A stretch of 20,437 bases of DNA from Leptolyngbyaceae cyanobacterium (GTDB taxonomy: Bacteria > Cyanobacteriota > Cyanobacteriia > Phormidesmidales > Phormidesmidaceae). Position 1 is the first letter of the stretch. Each line of letters begins with the position of its first letter. The stretch is from contig JBHJHA010000073.1 of NCBI GenBank assembly GCA_050331235.1, positions 1-20,437 of the forward strand. The letters are read 5' to 3'. Positions 1 to 10,244 of this stretch are shown piece by piece. Made by a program: the position numbers and the translations under genes. The notes under the pieces are model-generated. The model was not told the DNA's origin. It saw only the letters and a program-made list of their open reading frames with translations, and did not search any database.

Positions 1-129
1 CTGTCGTTCTCCAAGAAACTAGAGAATCATATGGGTGCGATTTGGATGTTCATTCACGAATACAATCGCTTGATCAGGGAGCGGCTCATTAAGTCTGCCC
101 ATCCTGCTATTTCCTCTGTCCTTTACTAA
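1..129 (+). CDS. IS1-family transposase (InsB-like), C-terminal part; 5' truncated by the window
   Basis: Own translation: LSFSKKLENHMGAIWMFIHEYNRLIRERLIKSAHPAISSVLY*, stop TAA at 127-129. The LSFSKKLENH.GAIW.FIH.YN motif is typical of cyanobacterial IS1 transposases. Not in the ORF track. Confidence 0.85.
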   Translation: MSFSKKLENHMGAIWMFIHEYNRLIRERLIKSAHPAISSVLY

Positions 130-140
130 ATATCACTACC
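1..140 (+). mobile_element. Right end of an IS1-family insertion sequence (runs off the window start)
   Basis: Transposase C-terminus in frame 1, followed by TATCACTACC (131-140). Its reverse complement GGTAGTGATA fits the GGTA.TG-type terminal inverted repeat of IS1-family elements. Confidence 0.8.
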
Positions 141-340
141 CGCTGTTTCTGTCTGCTGGAGCGACTGACGGAAACAAAGGGTTGTGTCCAATGGTTGCGC
201 GAGTTCGCTTCACCTTTCGTTCAATCAAAAGTAACCTGATTGCAACTCGTAGCTGCCAATAGGTCCCCTGCCAGTCAGGTTTTCCCAGGCTCTTGCTGCA
301 ATCACGCAACGGCTCCTGACGCTCTTTCCCAAACAGCCTG

Positions 341-375
341 AGGGAAAGAAACCAGGAGGCGATCGCCTCCTGGTT
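341..375 (-). terminator. Probable intrinsic terminator of ndhH
   Basis: Perfect 26-bp palindrome AACCAGGAGGCGATCGCCTCCTGGTT (350-375), 26 nt past the ndhH stop, running into a U-rich TTTCTTTC tail on the minus strand. Confidence 0.7.
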
Positions 376-401
376 GTCAGAACTAGGCGGATACCGCGCC
401 G

Positions 402-1586
402 TTAGCGATCTACCGAGCCCATGATGATGTCGATACTGCCCAAGATGGCCATGATATCGGCAAGCTTCACCCCTTTCAAAAGATGGGGCAAGATCTGCAA
501 GTTGTTGAAATCCGCAGCGCGAATCTTAAAGCGCCAGGGGAACACATTGTCATCGCCCAGGATGAATACGCCGAGCTCGCCTTTGCCGCTCTCTAAGCGG
601 ACGTAGTGCTCACCCTCAGGAATCTTGAACGTGGGGGGAATGCGCTTACCAGCGAACTGATAATCAAAGTCGTTCCATTCTGATTTGGGACCCTCAGACA
701 TGCGCTTAGCCTCCAAGTTCTCGTAAGGGCCACCAGGCATCTGCTCACAAGCCTGGCGAACAATTTTGATTGACTCTCGCATTTCGGCAACTCGCACCAT
801 GTAGCGGGCCATACAGTCACCCTCTGTCGCGTACTGCACTTCCCAATCAAGTTCGTCGTAGCATTCATAGTGATCGACCTTGCGGAGGTCCCACTTAACG
901 CCTGAGCCGCGTAGCATAGGACCAGAGAGTCCCCAGGAGATGGCTTCTTCGCGAGAAATTACGCCAATGCCTTCAATTCGGCGACGAAAGATGGGGTTAT
1001 TCGTGACTAATCTTTCGTATTCGTCGACTTTAGGCAAGAAGTAATCACAAAAATCGAGACATTTATCAATCCAGCCATAAGGCAAATCAGCCGCGACGCC
1101 GCCAATCCGGAAGTAATTGTTGTTGACCATGCGTTGGCCTGTTGCCGCTTCCCACAGGTCATAAATGAGCTCTCGCTCTCGGAAAATGTAGAAGAACGGG
1201 GTCTGTGCACCGACATCTGCCAAAAAGGGGCCAAACCAGAGCAGGTGATTAGCAATGCGGTTTAGCTCCAGCATAATCATGCGGATATAGCTGGCTCGCC
1301 GGGGTACCTCGATATCGGCCAGTTTTTCGGGAGCATTCACCGTAATGGCTTCGTTAAACATGCCCGCCGCATAATCCCAGCGGCTGACGTAGGGTACAAA
1401 CTGAACGTTGGTGCGGCTTTCTGCGATCTTTTCCATCCCGCGATGGAGATAGCCAATCACAGGCTCACAATCGATGACATCTTCGCCATCCAAAGTCACA
1501 ATGAGGCGCAAAACCCCGTGCATGGAGGGGTGGTGCGGTCCCATGTTGATCACCATGGGTTCGGTTTTGGTTTCAATGCGTGTCAT
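402..1586 (-). CDS. ndhH: NAD(P)H-quinone oxidoreductase (NDH-1) subunit H
   Basis: 394 aa with [25 protein letters not shown] and C-terminal [10 protein letters not shown]: the complex I 49-kDa subunit in its cyanobacterial form. Confidence 0.98.
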   Translation of the reverse strand: MTRIETKTEPMVINMGPHHPSMHGVLRLIVTLDGEDVIDCEPVIGYLHRGMEKIAESRTNVQFVPYVSRWDYAAGMFNEAITVNAPEKLADIEVPRRASYIRMIMLELNRIANHLLWFGPFLADVGAQTPFFYIFRERELIYDLWEAATGQRMVNNNYFRIGGVAADLPYGWIDKCLDFCDYFLPKVDEYERLVTNNPIFRRRIEGIGVISREEAISWGLSGPMLRGSGVKWDLRKVDHYECYDELDWEVQYATEGDCMARYMVRVAEMRESIKIVRQACEQMPGGPYENLEAKRMSEGPKSEWNDFDYQFAGKRIPPTFKIPEGEHYVRLESGKGELGVFILGDDNVFPWRFKIRAADFNNLQILPHLLKGVKLADIMAILGSIDIIMGSVDR

Positions 1587-1857
1587 GAGTCCGCCTAAGG
1601 GGGTAGCAACGGGTGCGATCAGCCGAGAGGCCCAAGGTTGACTTGGGCGATACCGGGCTTACTGCCTAGTACCTCAATGACTGTTGTCTCTTCTTAATAT
1701 AAAAGGTTGCGCCCCAGAATTTCTACGCCATTCCATACCGTAAGCTTTGGAATAGGATTGTTTCTGCAGTTGGGGTTATCAGAATTGCCGCTCTAGGTTG
1801 CTGTCGCAATCTGCCAAGCTAGATTAGTCCCTGACAAACGGTTTTTATCGGGCCGCA

Positions 1858-2754
1858 ATGACCGAAGCAACGAACTCTTCTTTCCACCTGCCTGTTATGC
1901 CTGCAGCCGTTCTAAGGGGGTTGCAAGTTGAGGCTGAGTGCAGTCGCGATCGCCCCACTTTTCTCGATGCCACTGTTGGCGGCGGGGGGCATAGTGCGTT
2001 GATATTGGCGGCCAATCCAACCATTCATCTAGTCGCGCTAGATCAAGACACCATGGCTCTACAGGCTGCTCAGACACGCCTGTCTGAGTTTGGCGATCGC
2101 GTCACCTTTCATCACACCAACTTTGGCGACTTTGACCCGGGGGCCCAGCGGTTTATCGGTATTTTGGCCGATATTGGTGTAAGTTCAGCTCAGTTGGATG
2201 TGCCGGAGCGAGGCTTTAGCTTTCGCAAGACGGCCCCGCTAGACATGCGGATGGATCAGCAGCAGGAGTTCAGCGCTGCCGATATCGTGAATCATTGGAA
2301 TGAAACGGATTTGGCCAATCTAATCTACACCTACGGCGAGGAGCGGCTGTCGCGACGCATTGCCCGCAAGATTGTTGAGCGTCGGCCCCTGCAAACTACG
2401 ACTGACTTGGCCGAGGCGATCGCCCAATGTGTACCACGCAAATATCGCTATGGGCGCATTCATCCGGCCACCAGGACTTTTCAAGCTCTACGGATTGCGG
2501 TCAATGCCGAGTTAGAGCGCCTAACCAGCTTGTTGTCTCAAGCCCCAGCCTGGCTAGAACCCGGTGGGCGGCTGGCCATCATCAGCTTTCATAGCGCCGA
2601 AGATCGCCTGGTGAAATATGCTTTCCGTCAAGATGACCGGCTCAAAATTATCACCAAAAAGCCCTTGGTCGCCGATGAAACTGAAGTTGCTGCCAATCCT
2701 CGGGCTCGTTCGGCAAAACTCAGAATCGCTGAGCGCCCGATCTCTCGTCCCTAA
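1858..2754 (+). CDS. rsmH: 16S rRNA m4C1402 methyltransferase RsmH (MraW)
   Basis: H.PVM, DATVGGGGHS, DIGVSSAQLD..ERGFSF, PLDMRM, HPATRTFQALRIAVN, IISFHS.EDR and NPRARSAKLR motifs. Confidence 0.97.
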   Translation: MTEATNSSFHLPVMPAAVLRGLQVEAECSRDRPTFLDATVGGGGHSALILAANPTIHLVALDQDTMALQAAQTRLSEFGDRVTFHHTNFGDFDPGAQRFIGILADIGVSSAQLDVPERGFSFRKTAPLDMRMDQQQEFSAADIVNHWNETDLANLIYTYGEERLSRRIARKIVERRPLQTTTDLAEAIAQCVPRKYRYGRIHPATRTFQALRIAVNAELERLTSLLSQAPAWLEPGGRLAIISFHSAEDRLVKYAFRQDDRLKIITKKPLVADETEVAANPRARSAKLRIAERPISRP

Positions 2755-2777
2755 TTGACAATATGCAAGGGTAAGCG

Positions 2778-2808
2778 GCGATCGCCTAATTGTCTTTGGG
2801 CTGATCGC
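2778..2808 (+). terminator. Possible 3' hairpin or terminator after rsmH
   Basis: GCGATC-GCCTAA / TTGGGC-(T)-GATCGC stem with a 6-nt loop, 23 nt past the rsmH stop. The U tail is weak. Confidence 0.35.
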
Positions 2809-2930
2809 GATCGTTTCAGCACAGGAAACGGTAAATTAGGGGCAAAAGTTGGGCAACTTATAACTGAAGCTATTAACACTTGACCTTGAACCCGGGGGCC
2901 GTTCTCCATTTGTTTAATAAAGGAACTCGA

Positions 2931-2958
2931 TGGACTGCTAGCTCTGGACTGCTAGCTC
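2931..2958. repeat. Perfect 14-bp tandem duplication (TGGACTGCTAGCTC x2)
   Basis: Read directly: copies at 2931-2944 and 2945-2958. Confidence 0.9.
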
Positions 2959-3095
2959 TAAGGCTCATTCTATATTTTAAGCTTTTTCGTGATGTCTAGT
3001 TCCGCGATCTTATGGCCTACGTGGGTCGATTTTACTGACATCCATACATCGTTTGACTGTTTAAACAGTTGTCCTCACTTAGCAGGATTGTCTTA

Positions 3096-4760
3096 ATGGC
3101 TTGGGAAGATGACGATATTCTCAAACTCATGGTGGTTGATGACGAGCCAGACAACCTGGACTTGTTGTATCGGACCTTTCGACGGGACTTCAAAGTCTAT
3201 AAAGCTGAGAACGGCTTCAAGGCGTTAGAGATCCTAGCCGCCGCCGGAGAAATGGCGGTCATTATTTCTGACCAACGAATGCCGAAAATGAATGGGACTG
3301 AGTTCCTCAGTCGAACGGTTGAACAGTTTCCTGACACCATTCGGATCGTGCTGACCGGCTATACCGATGTAGAAGACCTGGTCGAGGCCATCAATTCAGG
3401 AAAAGTCTTCAAATACATCACCAAGCCTTGGCATCCCCAAGAGCTTAAATTAGTCGTTGCCCAGGCTGCAGAAACCTTTCGAGTCGTCAAACGACGAACC
3501 GATGCGTTGTCCCAAGCTCTTGCTCGAGAATCTTTTTTCAGTGAGGTGATGAGCGTTATTCGCGAGTCGCTGGATTACCACAGTATGCTGCAAACCATCG
3601 TCACGACCCTGGGAAAACGGTTTGCAGCGACTCAGGCTACCCTCTTCGCCGTCGAGCACCACGATAACGCAGACGAGCTTGATAAAGCCCTCAGTTTCCA
3701 TCTCAATCCACCTCAGACTGAGGCTGACCTCCGCCTGGTTGGCCATAGTCTCATCCTTAGTGATCAGGTCTTGCAAACCCATATTCCGCAGCTTGACGCA
3801 ATTGATCTCAAACCGCCGTTAACAGCGCTGACGCTTCCTTTGCGTTATCAAAAAACAACTTTGGCAGTGGTGAGTTTGTATCATGCCGCCGATGACGGGG
3901 GCTGGGCTGATGCCACTGCCCAACTTTTGAGTAGTGTGACAGAGCAAATTGCCCTGGCGATTTCCCAGGCGAAACTTTATCAGCGCAGTCAGCACCAGTC
4001 GCAACAGATGCGTGCCGAACTGGAAGTCGCCAGACAAATCCAAACAAATTTGCTGCGGCAGACCGTGCCTATCGTTGAGGGCAGCCGAATTCAGGCCCGC
4101 TGCTTACCGGCTCGGGAGATTTGCGGCGACTTTTACGAGATCTTTGCGCACCCCCAAGGACATGTCTGGTTAGCGGTCGGGGATGTTTCCGGTAAAGGAG
4201 TTCCCGCCGCTTTATTCATGGCTAGTGCCATATCAGTTTTGAGACGAGAGCTTTCCCAAGACCGCTCACCTTCACCAGCAAAGGTGATGCAAAATCTCAA
4301 CCGCGGCCTCTGGGACGATCTGGTGAGCTGTAACTGTTTCATCACAATGGTCTTGGTGTGTTACGACCCGGTCTCTCACCAATTGCAATATGCTAATGCT
4401 GGTCACGTTTATCCCTTAGTGTGGTCGCAATCTTTGCTCAGCGATCTCCATGGTGAACCCGACAGCCTTGAGACCCGAGGCGTGCCTCTCGGTATCTTGC
4501 CCGAGTGGACAGCACCGTCGGGAGAGGTGCTTCTATCTCCAGGACAAACTCTTTTGCTCGCTAGTGATGGCTTGACCGAGGCAACGGTTAAATCGCGGAC
4601 GGATAATACTGCTGTGATGCTGAAACAGGCTGGTCTATGGCGGTTGCTGCAAAGCCTAAATCAACCGTTAAATTTGGACGAGCTGTTACGAGCTATCCAG
4701 GCTGGTCACGAAGCCCAAGAGGACGACCAAACGGTGCTGTTACTGGAGGTCGTGGAGTAA
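3096..4760 (+). CDS. Receiver-GAF-SpoIIE (PP2C) phosphatase, RsbU/RsbP-like
   Basis: N-terminal REC (VVDDEP, ISDQRMP, VLTG, YITKPW), central GAF-like region, C-terminal SpoIIE motifs (GDFY, GDVSGKGVPAA, ANAGH, SDGLTE, EDDQT). ATG 3096 preferred over the track's TTG 3069. Confidence 0.9.
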   Translation: MAWEDDDILKLMVVDDEPDNLDLLYRTFRRDFKVYKAENGFKALEILAAAGEMAVIISDQRMPKMNGTEFLSRTVEQFPDTIRIVLTGYTDVEDLVEAINSGKVFKYITKPWHPQELKLVVAQAAETFRVVKRRTDALSQALARESFFSEVMSVIRESLDYHSMLQTIVTTLGKRFAATQATLFAVEHHDNADELDKALSFHLNPPQTEADLRLVGHSLILSDQVLQTHIPQLDAIDLKPPLTALTLPLRYQKTTLAVVSLYHAADDGGWADATAQLLSSVTEQIALAISQAKLYQRSQHQSQQMRAELEVARQIQTNLLRQTVPIVEGSRIQARCLPAREICGDFYEIFAHPQGHVWLAVGDVSGKGVPAALFMASAISVLRRELSQDRSPSPAKVMQNLNRGLWDDLVSCNCFITMVLVCYDPVSHQLQYANAGHVYPLVWSQSLLSDLHGEPDSLETRGVPLGILPEWTAPSGEVLLSPGQTLLLASDGLTEATVKSRTDNTAVMLKQAGLWRLLQSLNQPLNLDELLRAIQAGHEAQEDDQTVLLLEVVE

Positions 4761-5221
4761 TGCAGTCCGAACTTCGCATTCCCAGTGATTTGAAGTATTT
4801 ATCTGTGATTGAGGCGTGGCTCTTAGGTTCTCTCGGTCTAGAGCTGGGGGACTGGACAGAATGGCCCAAGTGGGAAAATCGATTACGCCTTGTGATTGTT
4901 GAGGCGTACTCCAATGTGGTGCGACATGCTCACCAAGAGCAGCCCCAGGTTCCTGTGCTGATAAGGCTGGATTTACAGGCTGAAAAGCTTTGTATAGAAG
5001 TTTGGGACCAGGGAGAAGGTTTTGACCTCAAAACATATCTGTCCCCATCCCCAGATTTGTGCCAGGAAGGTGGCTATGGCTGGATGATACTCAATCGCTT
5101 AATGGACAAGGTTGAGTATCAACTGCGGGTTAACGGTAGCGACAACTGCCTGCGGCTACAGGCTAATTTGCCAATTGAGCCGCTGAGTTCACCACTTTCT
5201 ACCGCTGGCCAGAGCGCCTAG
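4760..5221 (+). CDS. Anti-sigma factor / serine kinase, RsbW/SpoIIAB-like HATPase
   Basis: 153 aa from ATG 4760, overlapping the upstream stop (TAATG). N-box EAYSNVVRHA, G1 WDQGEGFD, G2 EGGYGW.I...MDKVEY. Confidence 0.88.
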   Translation: MQSELRIPSDLKYLSVIEAWLLGSLGLELGDWTEWPKWENRLRLVIVEAYSNVVRHAHQEQPQVPVLIRLDLQAEKLCIEVWDQGEGFDLKTYLSPSPDLCQEGGYGWMILNRLMDKVEYQLRVNGSDNCLRLQANLPIEPLSSPLSTAGQSA

Positions 5222-5928
5222 CTATCCACAGCTCGACCGTATTTCGCTGTTTGGGGTTGGTGCGTCACTTGCTCTGTGAGCCAGGCCCAAAGCTGATCAC
5301 CCAGAGAAAAGTGCCACCATTCATTGGGGTGTTGCCGAAAGCCAGCGCTTTCCATGATATGACGCAGACAGCAGCGATCGCGGTGGCGCTGCTGATCGAG
5401 AGGTTCCGTTGCAGCTTGAAAGTGGTCAGGATAAGAACGTTCCGAAATCTCATCAATGGGGGAGCCCATGTCTATGGGCTCCCCGGCTGTATCCACCAGC
5501 GAAACATCGATCGCTGCCCCAGTGCTGTGTGGTGGTGGCGTGTTGGGAGCATGGCTGGGCGACGCCCAAAACTGGTAGACCGTAGCCATGAGCTGCTGGT
5601 GCTCTGCCGGTGACAGTTCGGCTAAGACCCGATTTTGAGCTTGCGCAATCTGGTGAGTGGTGTAATCCACCATAAATTGCTGCACGGCTAGGGGGCGATA
5701 GGCATCAAAAATTTGTATCCGCCAACCGGGATGTCGGCGTTGCAGGTGCTGCTGAGCAGTTTGCAATGCGGTGACCACGGACTGCCTCAGCCAATAGGGA
5801 GAGCGATCACCATAGGGGGCTCCTAACGCTTGGTATGGATGCGGCGATACCACTGCAAAGTCATTAACCGGTAGCGGCACCAGCGGCTCGCCACAGTCTT
5901 GGATGGGTACCTGTTGATAGGGTTTCAT
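5218..5928 (-). CDS. D-alanyl-D-alanine dipeptidase (VanX/DdpX-like, peptidase M15D)
   Basis: IFDAYRP, PPHSTGAAIDVSL, DMGS and NEWWHFS zinc-peptidase motifs. Start most likely ATG 5928 (MKPYQ..PI); ATG 5937 is possible. Confidence 0.9.
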   Translation of the reverse strand: MKPYQQVPIQDCGEPLVPLPVNDFAVVSPHPYQALGAPYGDRSPYWLRQSVVTALQTAQQHLQRRHPGWRIQIFDAYRPLAVQQFMVDYTTHQIAQAQNRVLAELSPAEHQQLMATVYQFWASPSHAPNTPPPHSTGAAIDVSLVDTAGEPIDMGSPIDEISERSYPDHFQAATEPLDQQRHRDRCCLRHIMESAGFRQHPNEWWHFSLGDQLWAWLTEQVTHQPQTAKYGRAVDS

Positions 5929-6027
5929 GGCTGACATCGATAGCGCTGACTGGCAAAAGCCGGCGGCCAATTGCGAAACTGCATTACCAAGCTGCGGCCA
6001 CTACCGAGTAAACCAGCGATAAAACCG

Positions 6028-6957
6028 CTAAAGAATGCGAGAACGCACCAATGTACTTGGTAGGCAGGCAAGCTTTTGCAAGGTAGGGACGTAGGCTCGC
6101 TTGTTGAAGACGTCGTAGCCGTTTTGCTCAATCACATCCAAAATCTTGCTGTAGAGTACTTGGGCTGCCCATACTGGCCAGCGAGCGTCAGGACTCAGTA
6201 AGCTGATGCCCTGTTCGGCCTGCTGATAAAACTTGCGCGCCCGCTGGATTTCAAACTGCATCAATGCTCGCCAGCGACCGTCAATCACCCCATTCATTAG
6301 GTCTGCTTCGGTATAGTCAAAAAGTGCCAAATCTTCCAGAGGTAAATAAATCCGACCACGCCGGGCATCTTCGCCGACGTCGCGCAGGATATTGGTCAGC
6401 TGATTAGCAATGCCCAGGGCTACAGCTTCTGGCGTAGGATCTGGAGGCGCACCATAGCGCTGCCAAGGGGCCGTCGTCTGTTCTGCATCAATGCCCATGA
6501 CTGCCGTCGACATCAGTCCGACAGTCCCTGCAACCCGGTAGCAATACAGCTCTAGCTCTTCAAAAGTGTGATACCGCGCCTTGTCGAGATCCATCCGTTG
6601 CCCTTCGATCATGTCTCTAAAAGGTTGGATGTCGAGGGGAAATTGGTTCAGCGTATCAACGAGGGCAACGTCAGTCTCTTCAACGGGATGTCCCTGAAAG
6701 ATCGAATCCAGCTGCTTTTCCCAACGATTGAGCGTATCCTCCGTGGTCAAGGCGGCTTGAGGACCGTCAACCAGCTCATCGGTGCGACGGCACCAAACAT
6801 AAATTGCCCAAATCGCTCGACGCTTGGGCGGTGTCATCAACAGAGTCCCGAGATAAAACGTCTTGGAATACTCCGCTGTAATCTGGCGGCAAACCTCGTA
6901 GGCGTCCTCCTTCGAGATAAATTCTTTAGACCGCAGCGAGTGAGACAATTGCAGCAT
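6028..6957 (-). CDS. crtB: Phytoene synthase
   Basis: YSKTFYLGT, WCRRTDELVD, YCYRVAGTVGLM and LGIANQLTNILRDVGEDARRGRIYLP signatures. Confidence 0.97.
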   Translation of the reverse strand: MLQLSHSLRSKEFISKEDAYEVCRQITAEYSKTFYLGTLLMTPPKRRAIWAIYVWCRRTDELVDGPQAALTTEDTLNRWEKQLDSIFQGHPVEETDVALVDTLNQFPLDIQPFRDMIEGQRMDLDKARYHTFEELELYCYRVAGTVGLMSTAVMGIDAEQTTAPWQRYGAPPDPTPEAVALGIANQLTNILRDVGEDARRGRIYLPLEDLALFDYTEADLMNGVIDGRWRALMQFEIQRARKFYQQAEQGISLLSPDARWPVWAAQVLYSKILDVIEQNGYDVFNKRAYVPTLQKLACLPSTLVRSRIL

Positions 6958-7077
6958 TAATCTTGTTAGCTGGAAACTCGAAAAATCAGAATACAGCGCT
7001 TTATTCCGCTGATGGCGGACTGGCTTTTATCACAGAATACGTTAAAGCCAGCCCGATTTGACCGTTAACCGCCGGAT

Positions 7078-8511
<1,434 letters not shown>

Positions 8512-8557
8512 TTATCCCCTTGCAAATGAACTTGCTTGCCTTTACGACGTCTTTATC

Positions 8558-8563
8558 ATTATA
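8558..8563 (-). promoter_or_regulatory. Consensus -10 box (TATAAT), probable pds-crtB promoter
   Basis: Minus strand reads GTTACGAAATGAAACA-TATAAT-GAT about 52 nt upstream of the pds ATG, with an AAGGGG RBS-like element near the start. Confidence 0.55.
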
Positions 8564-8854
8564 TGTTTCATTTCGTAACAAACCGCGCCAATCTCTTGGA
8601 ATCTTGATTGATTGCTGGCTGCGGTCAGCCCCTTTGCGGTTTAGGTGACGATGACAAAGGGTAGTCTCTTCAGATTAAACCCCCTAGAATGATGAATCCA
8701 GAGTTTTTGATTTTCTCGGGGCAATCATGTTGGCTATCCCCTTAAACAATGGTGGCTATTGCTGTGTTGATGGTGAGGTCAGCAGTGGGGACATCTGGGC
8801 AACGATGTGTCAACGAGCAAACGAAATGAAATCGGTAATTTGGGGCTAAAAGTT

Positions 8855-10138
8855 GTGACGCAATCAATTTTGGAAATTCTTCGTGATCGTGATCCGTTAG
8901 TGGCTGAGATGGTGGCAAATGAACTCCAGCGCCAGCGTGATCACCTAGAGCTTATTGCTAGTGAGAACTTTGCATCTCCGGCGGTCATGGCTGCCCAGGG
9001 CTCAGTGCTAACCAACAAATATGCTGAGGGACTACCAGGCAAGCGTTACTACGGCGGCTGTGAGTTTGTTGACCAAACAGAGAGCCTCGCGATCGAGCGG
9101 ATCAAAGACCTGTTTGGTGCGGCCCATGCCAATGTTCAGCCTCACTCCGGCGCCCAGGCCAACTTTGCTGTCTTCTTGGCGTTGCTGAAGCCGGGGGATA
9201 CCATCATGGGGATGGATCTGTCCCATGGCGGACATTTGACCCATGGATCGCCAGTGAATGTTTCAGGCAAATGGTTCAATGTGGTGCAGTATGGCGTCAA
9301 CCGAGACACCGAAACTCTTGACTTTGATGAGATTCGTGCCTTGGCGCTAGAGCACAAACCCAAAATGCTCATTTGTGGCTATTCTGCTTATCCTCGCACC
9401 ATTCCATTTGAAAAGTTTCAGGCGATCGCCGATGAAGTGGGAGCCTATTTGCTGGCCGATATTGCTCACATCGCAGGGCTAGTGGCTGCCGGTGTCCATC
9501 CCAATCCGTTGCCGCACTGCGACGTCGTCACCACCACTACCCATAAAACGTTGCGGGGCCCCCGTGGGGGACTAATCATGACCCGCGATGCCGAACTGGG
9601 CAAAAAGTTCGATAAGGCGGTTTTTCCCGGTTCTCAAGGCGGGCCACTGGAGCATGTCATCGCGGCCAAAGCTGTGGCTTTTGGTGAAGCCTTGCAGCCC
9701 GAGTTTAAGACGTACTCACAACAGGTCGTAACCAACGCCCAAGCGATGGGGTCTCAACTGCAGAAACGGGGCCTTAAACTAGTTTCTAACGGCACCGATA
9801 ATCATCTGGTGCTAGTTGATTTGCGCTCAGTGGGCTTGACGGGTAAGCAAGCTGACAAATTGGTGAGTGAAGTGAATATCACTGCCAATAAAAACACGGT
9901 CCCCTTTGATCCCGAATCTCCATTTGTCACAAGCGGTTTGCGGTTGGGTTCCCCCGCGATGACGACTCGCGGCATGGGAGCTAAGGAGTTTACGGAAATT
10001 GCCGACATCATTGCTGATCGGCTGACCAATCCAGATGACGAAGTTGTGCGAGAAAACTGTCGGCGACGGGTTGCCGCCCTCTGTGATGGCTTTCCGCTTT
10101 ATCCCTATTTGGCCCAATCTAGTCCGGTTCCCGCCTAA
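8855..10138 (+). CDS. glyA: Serine hydroxymethyltransferase
   Basis: [41 protein letters not shown] and the PLP-lysine motif [17 protein letters not shown] 8855 preferred over the track's 8807. Confidence 0.98.
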   Translation: MTQSILEILRDRDPLVAEMVANELQRQRDHLELIASENFASPAVMAAQGSVLTNKYAEGLPGKRYYGGCEFVDQTESLAIERIKDLFGAAHANVQPHSGAQANFAVFLALLKPGDTIMGMDLSHGGHLTHGSPVNVSGKWFNVVQYGVNRDTETLDFDEIRALALEHKPKMLICGYSAYPRTIPFEKFQAIADEVGAYLLADIAHIAGLVAAGVHPNPLPHCDVVTTTTHKTLRGPRGGLIMTRDAELGKKFDKAVFPGSQGGPLEHVIAAKAVAFGEALQPEFKTYSQQVVTNAQAMGSQLQKRGLKLVSNGTDNHLVLVDLRSVGLTGKQADKLVSEVNITANKNTVPFDPESPFVTSGLRLGSPAMTTRGMGAKEFTEIADIIADRLTNPDDEVVRENCRRRVAALCDGFPLYPYLAQSSPVPA

Positions 10139-10181
10139 GTCATCTATGCACAGATCCGATCAGCTAAACTGACGAAAATTT

Positions 10182-10244
10182 AGCTCCGTGGGCGATATGA
10201 CCATAGACAATCTTTTGGATCTGTCATATCCTTCATGGAGCTTT
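10182..10244 (+). terminator. Long stem-loop downstream of glyA (terminator or mRNA-stabilising hairpin)
   Basis: 10182-10201 pairs with 10223-10242 at 19 of 20 positions (three G-U pairs), followed by a short T run. Confidence 0.5.

Noticed and set aside
1630..1648. Hairpin GCCCAAG/CTTGGGC in the ndhH leader
   Set aside because: A single 7-bp stem with no other support for function.
2769..2775. GGGTAAG, resembling a SigF-type promoter element ahead of the partner-switching genes
   Set aside because: A single short match only 14 nt after the rsmH stop and upstream of the hairpin; likely chance.
4637..4759. 41-codon N-terminal extension of the anti-sigma ORF
   Set aside because: It overlaps the phosphatase's conserved end; the TAATG-coupled ATG at 4760 gives a normal-sized protein.
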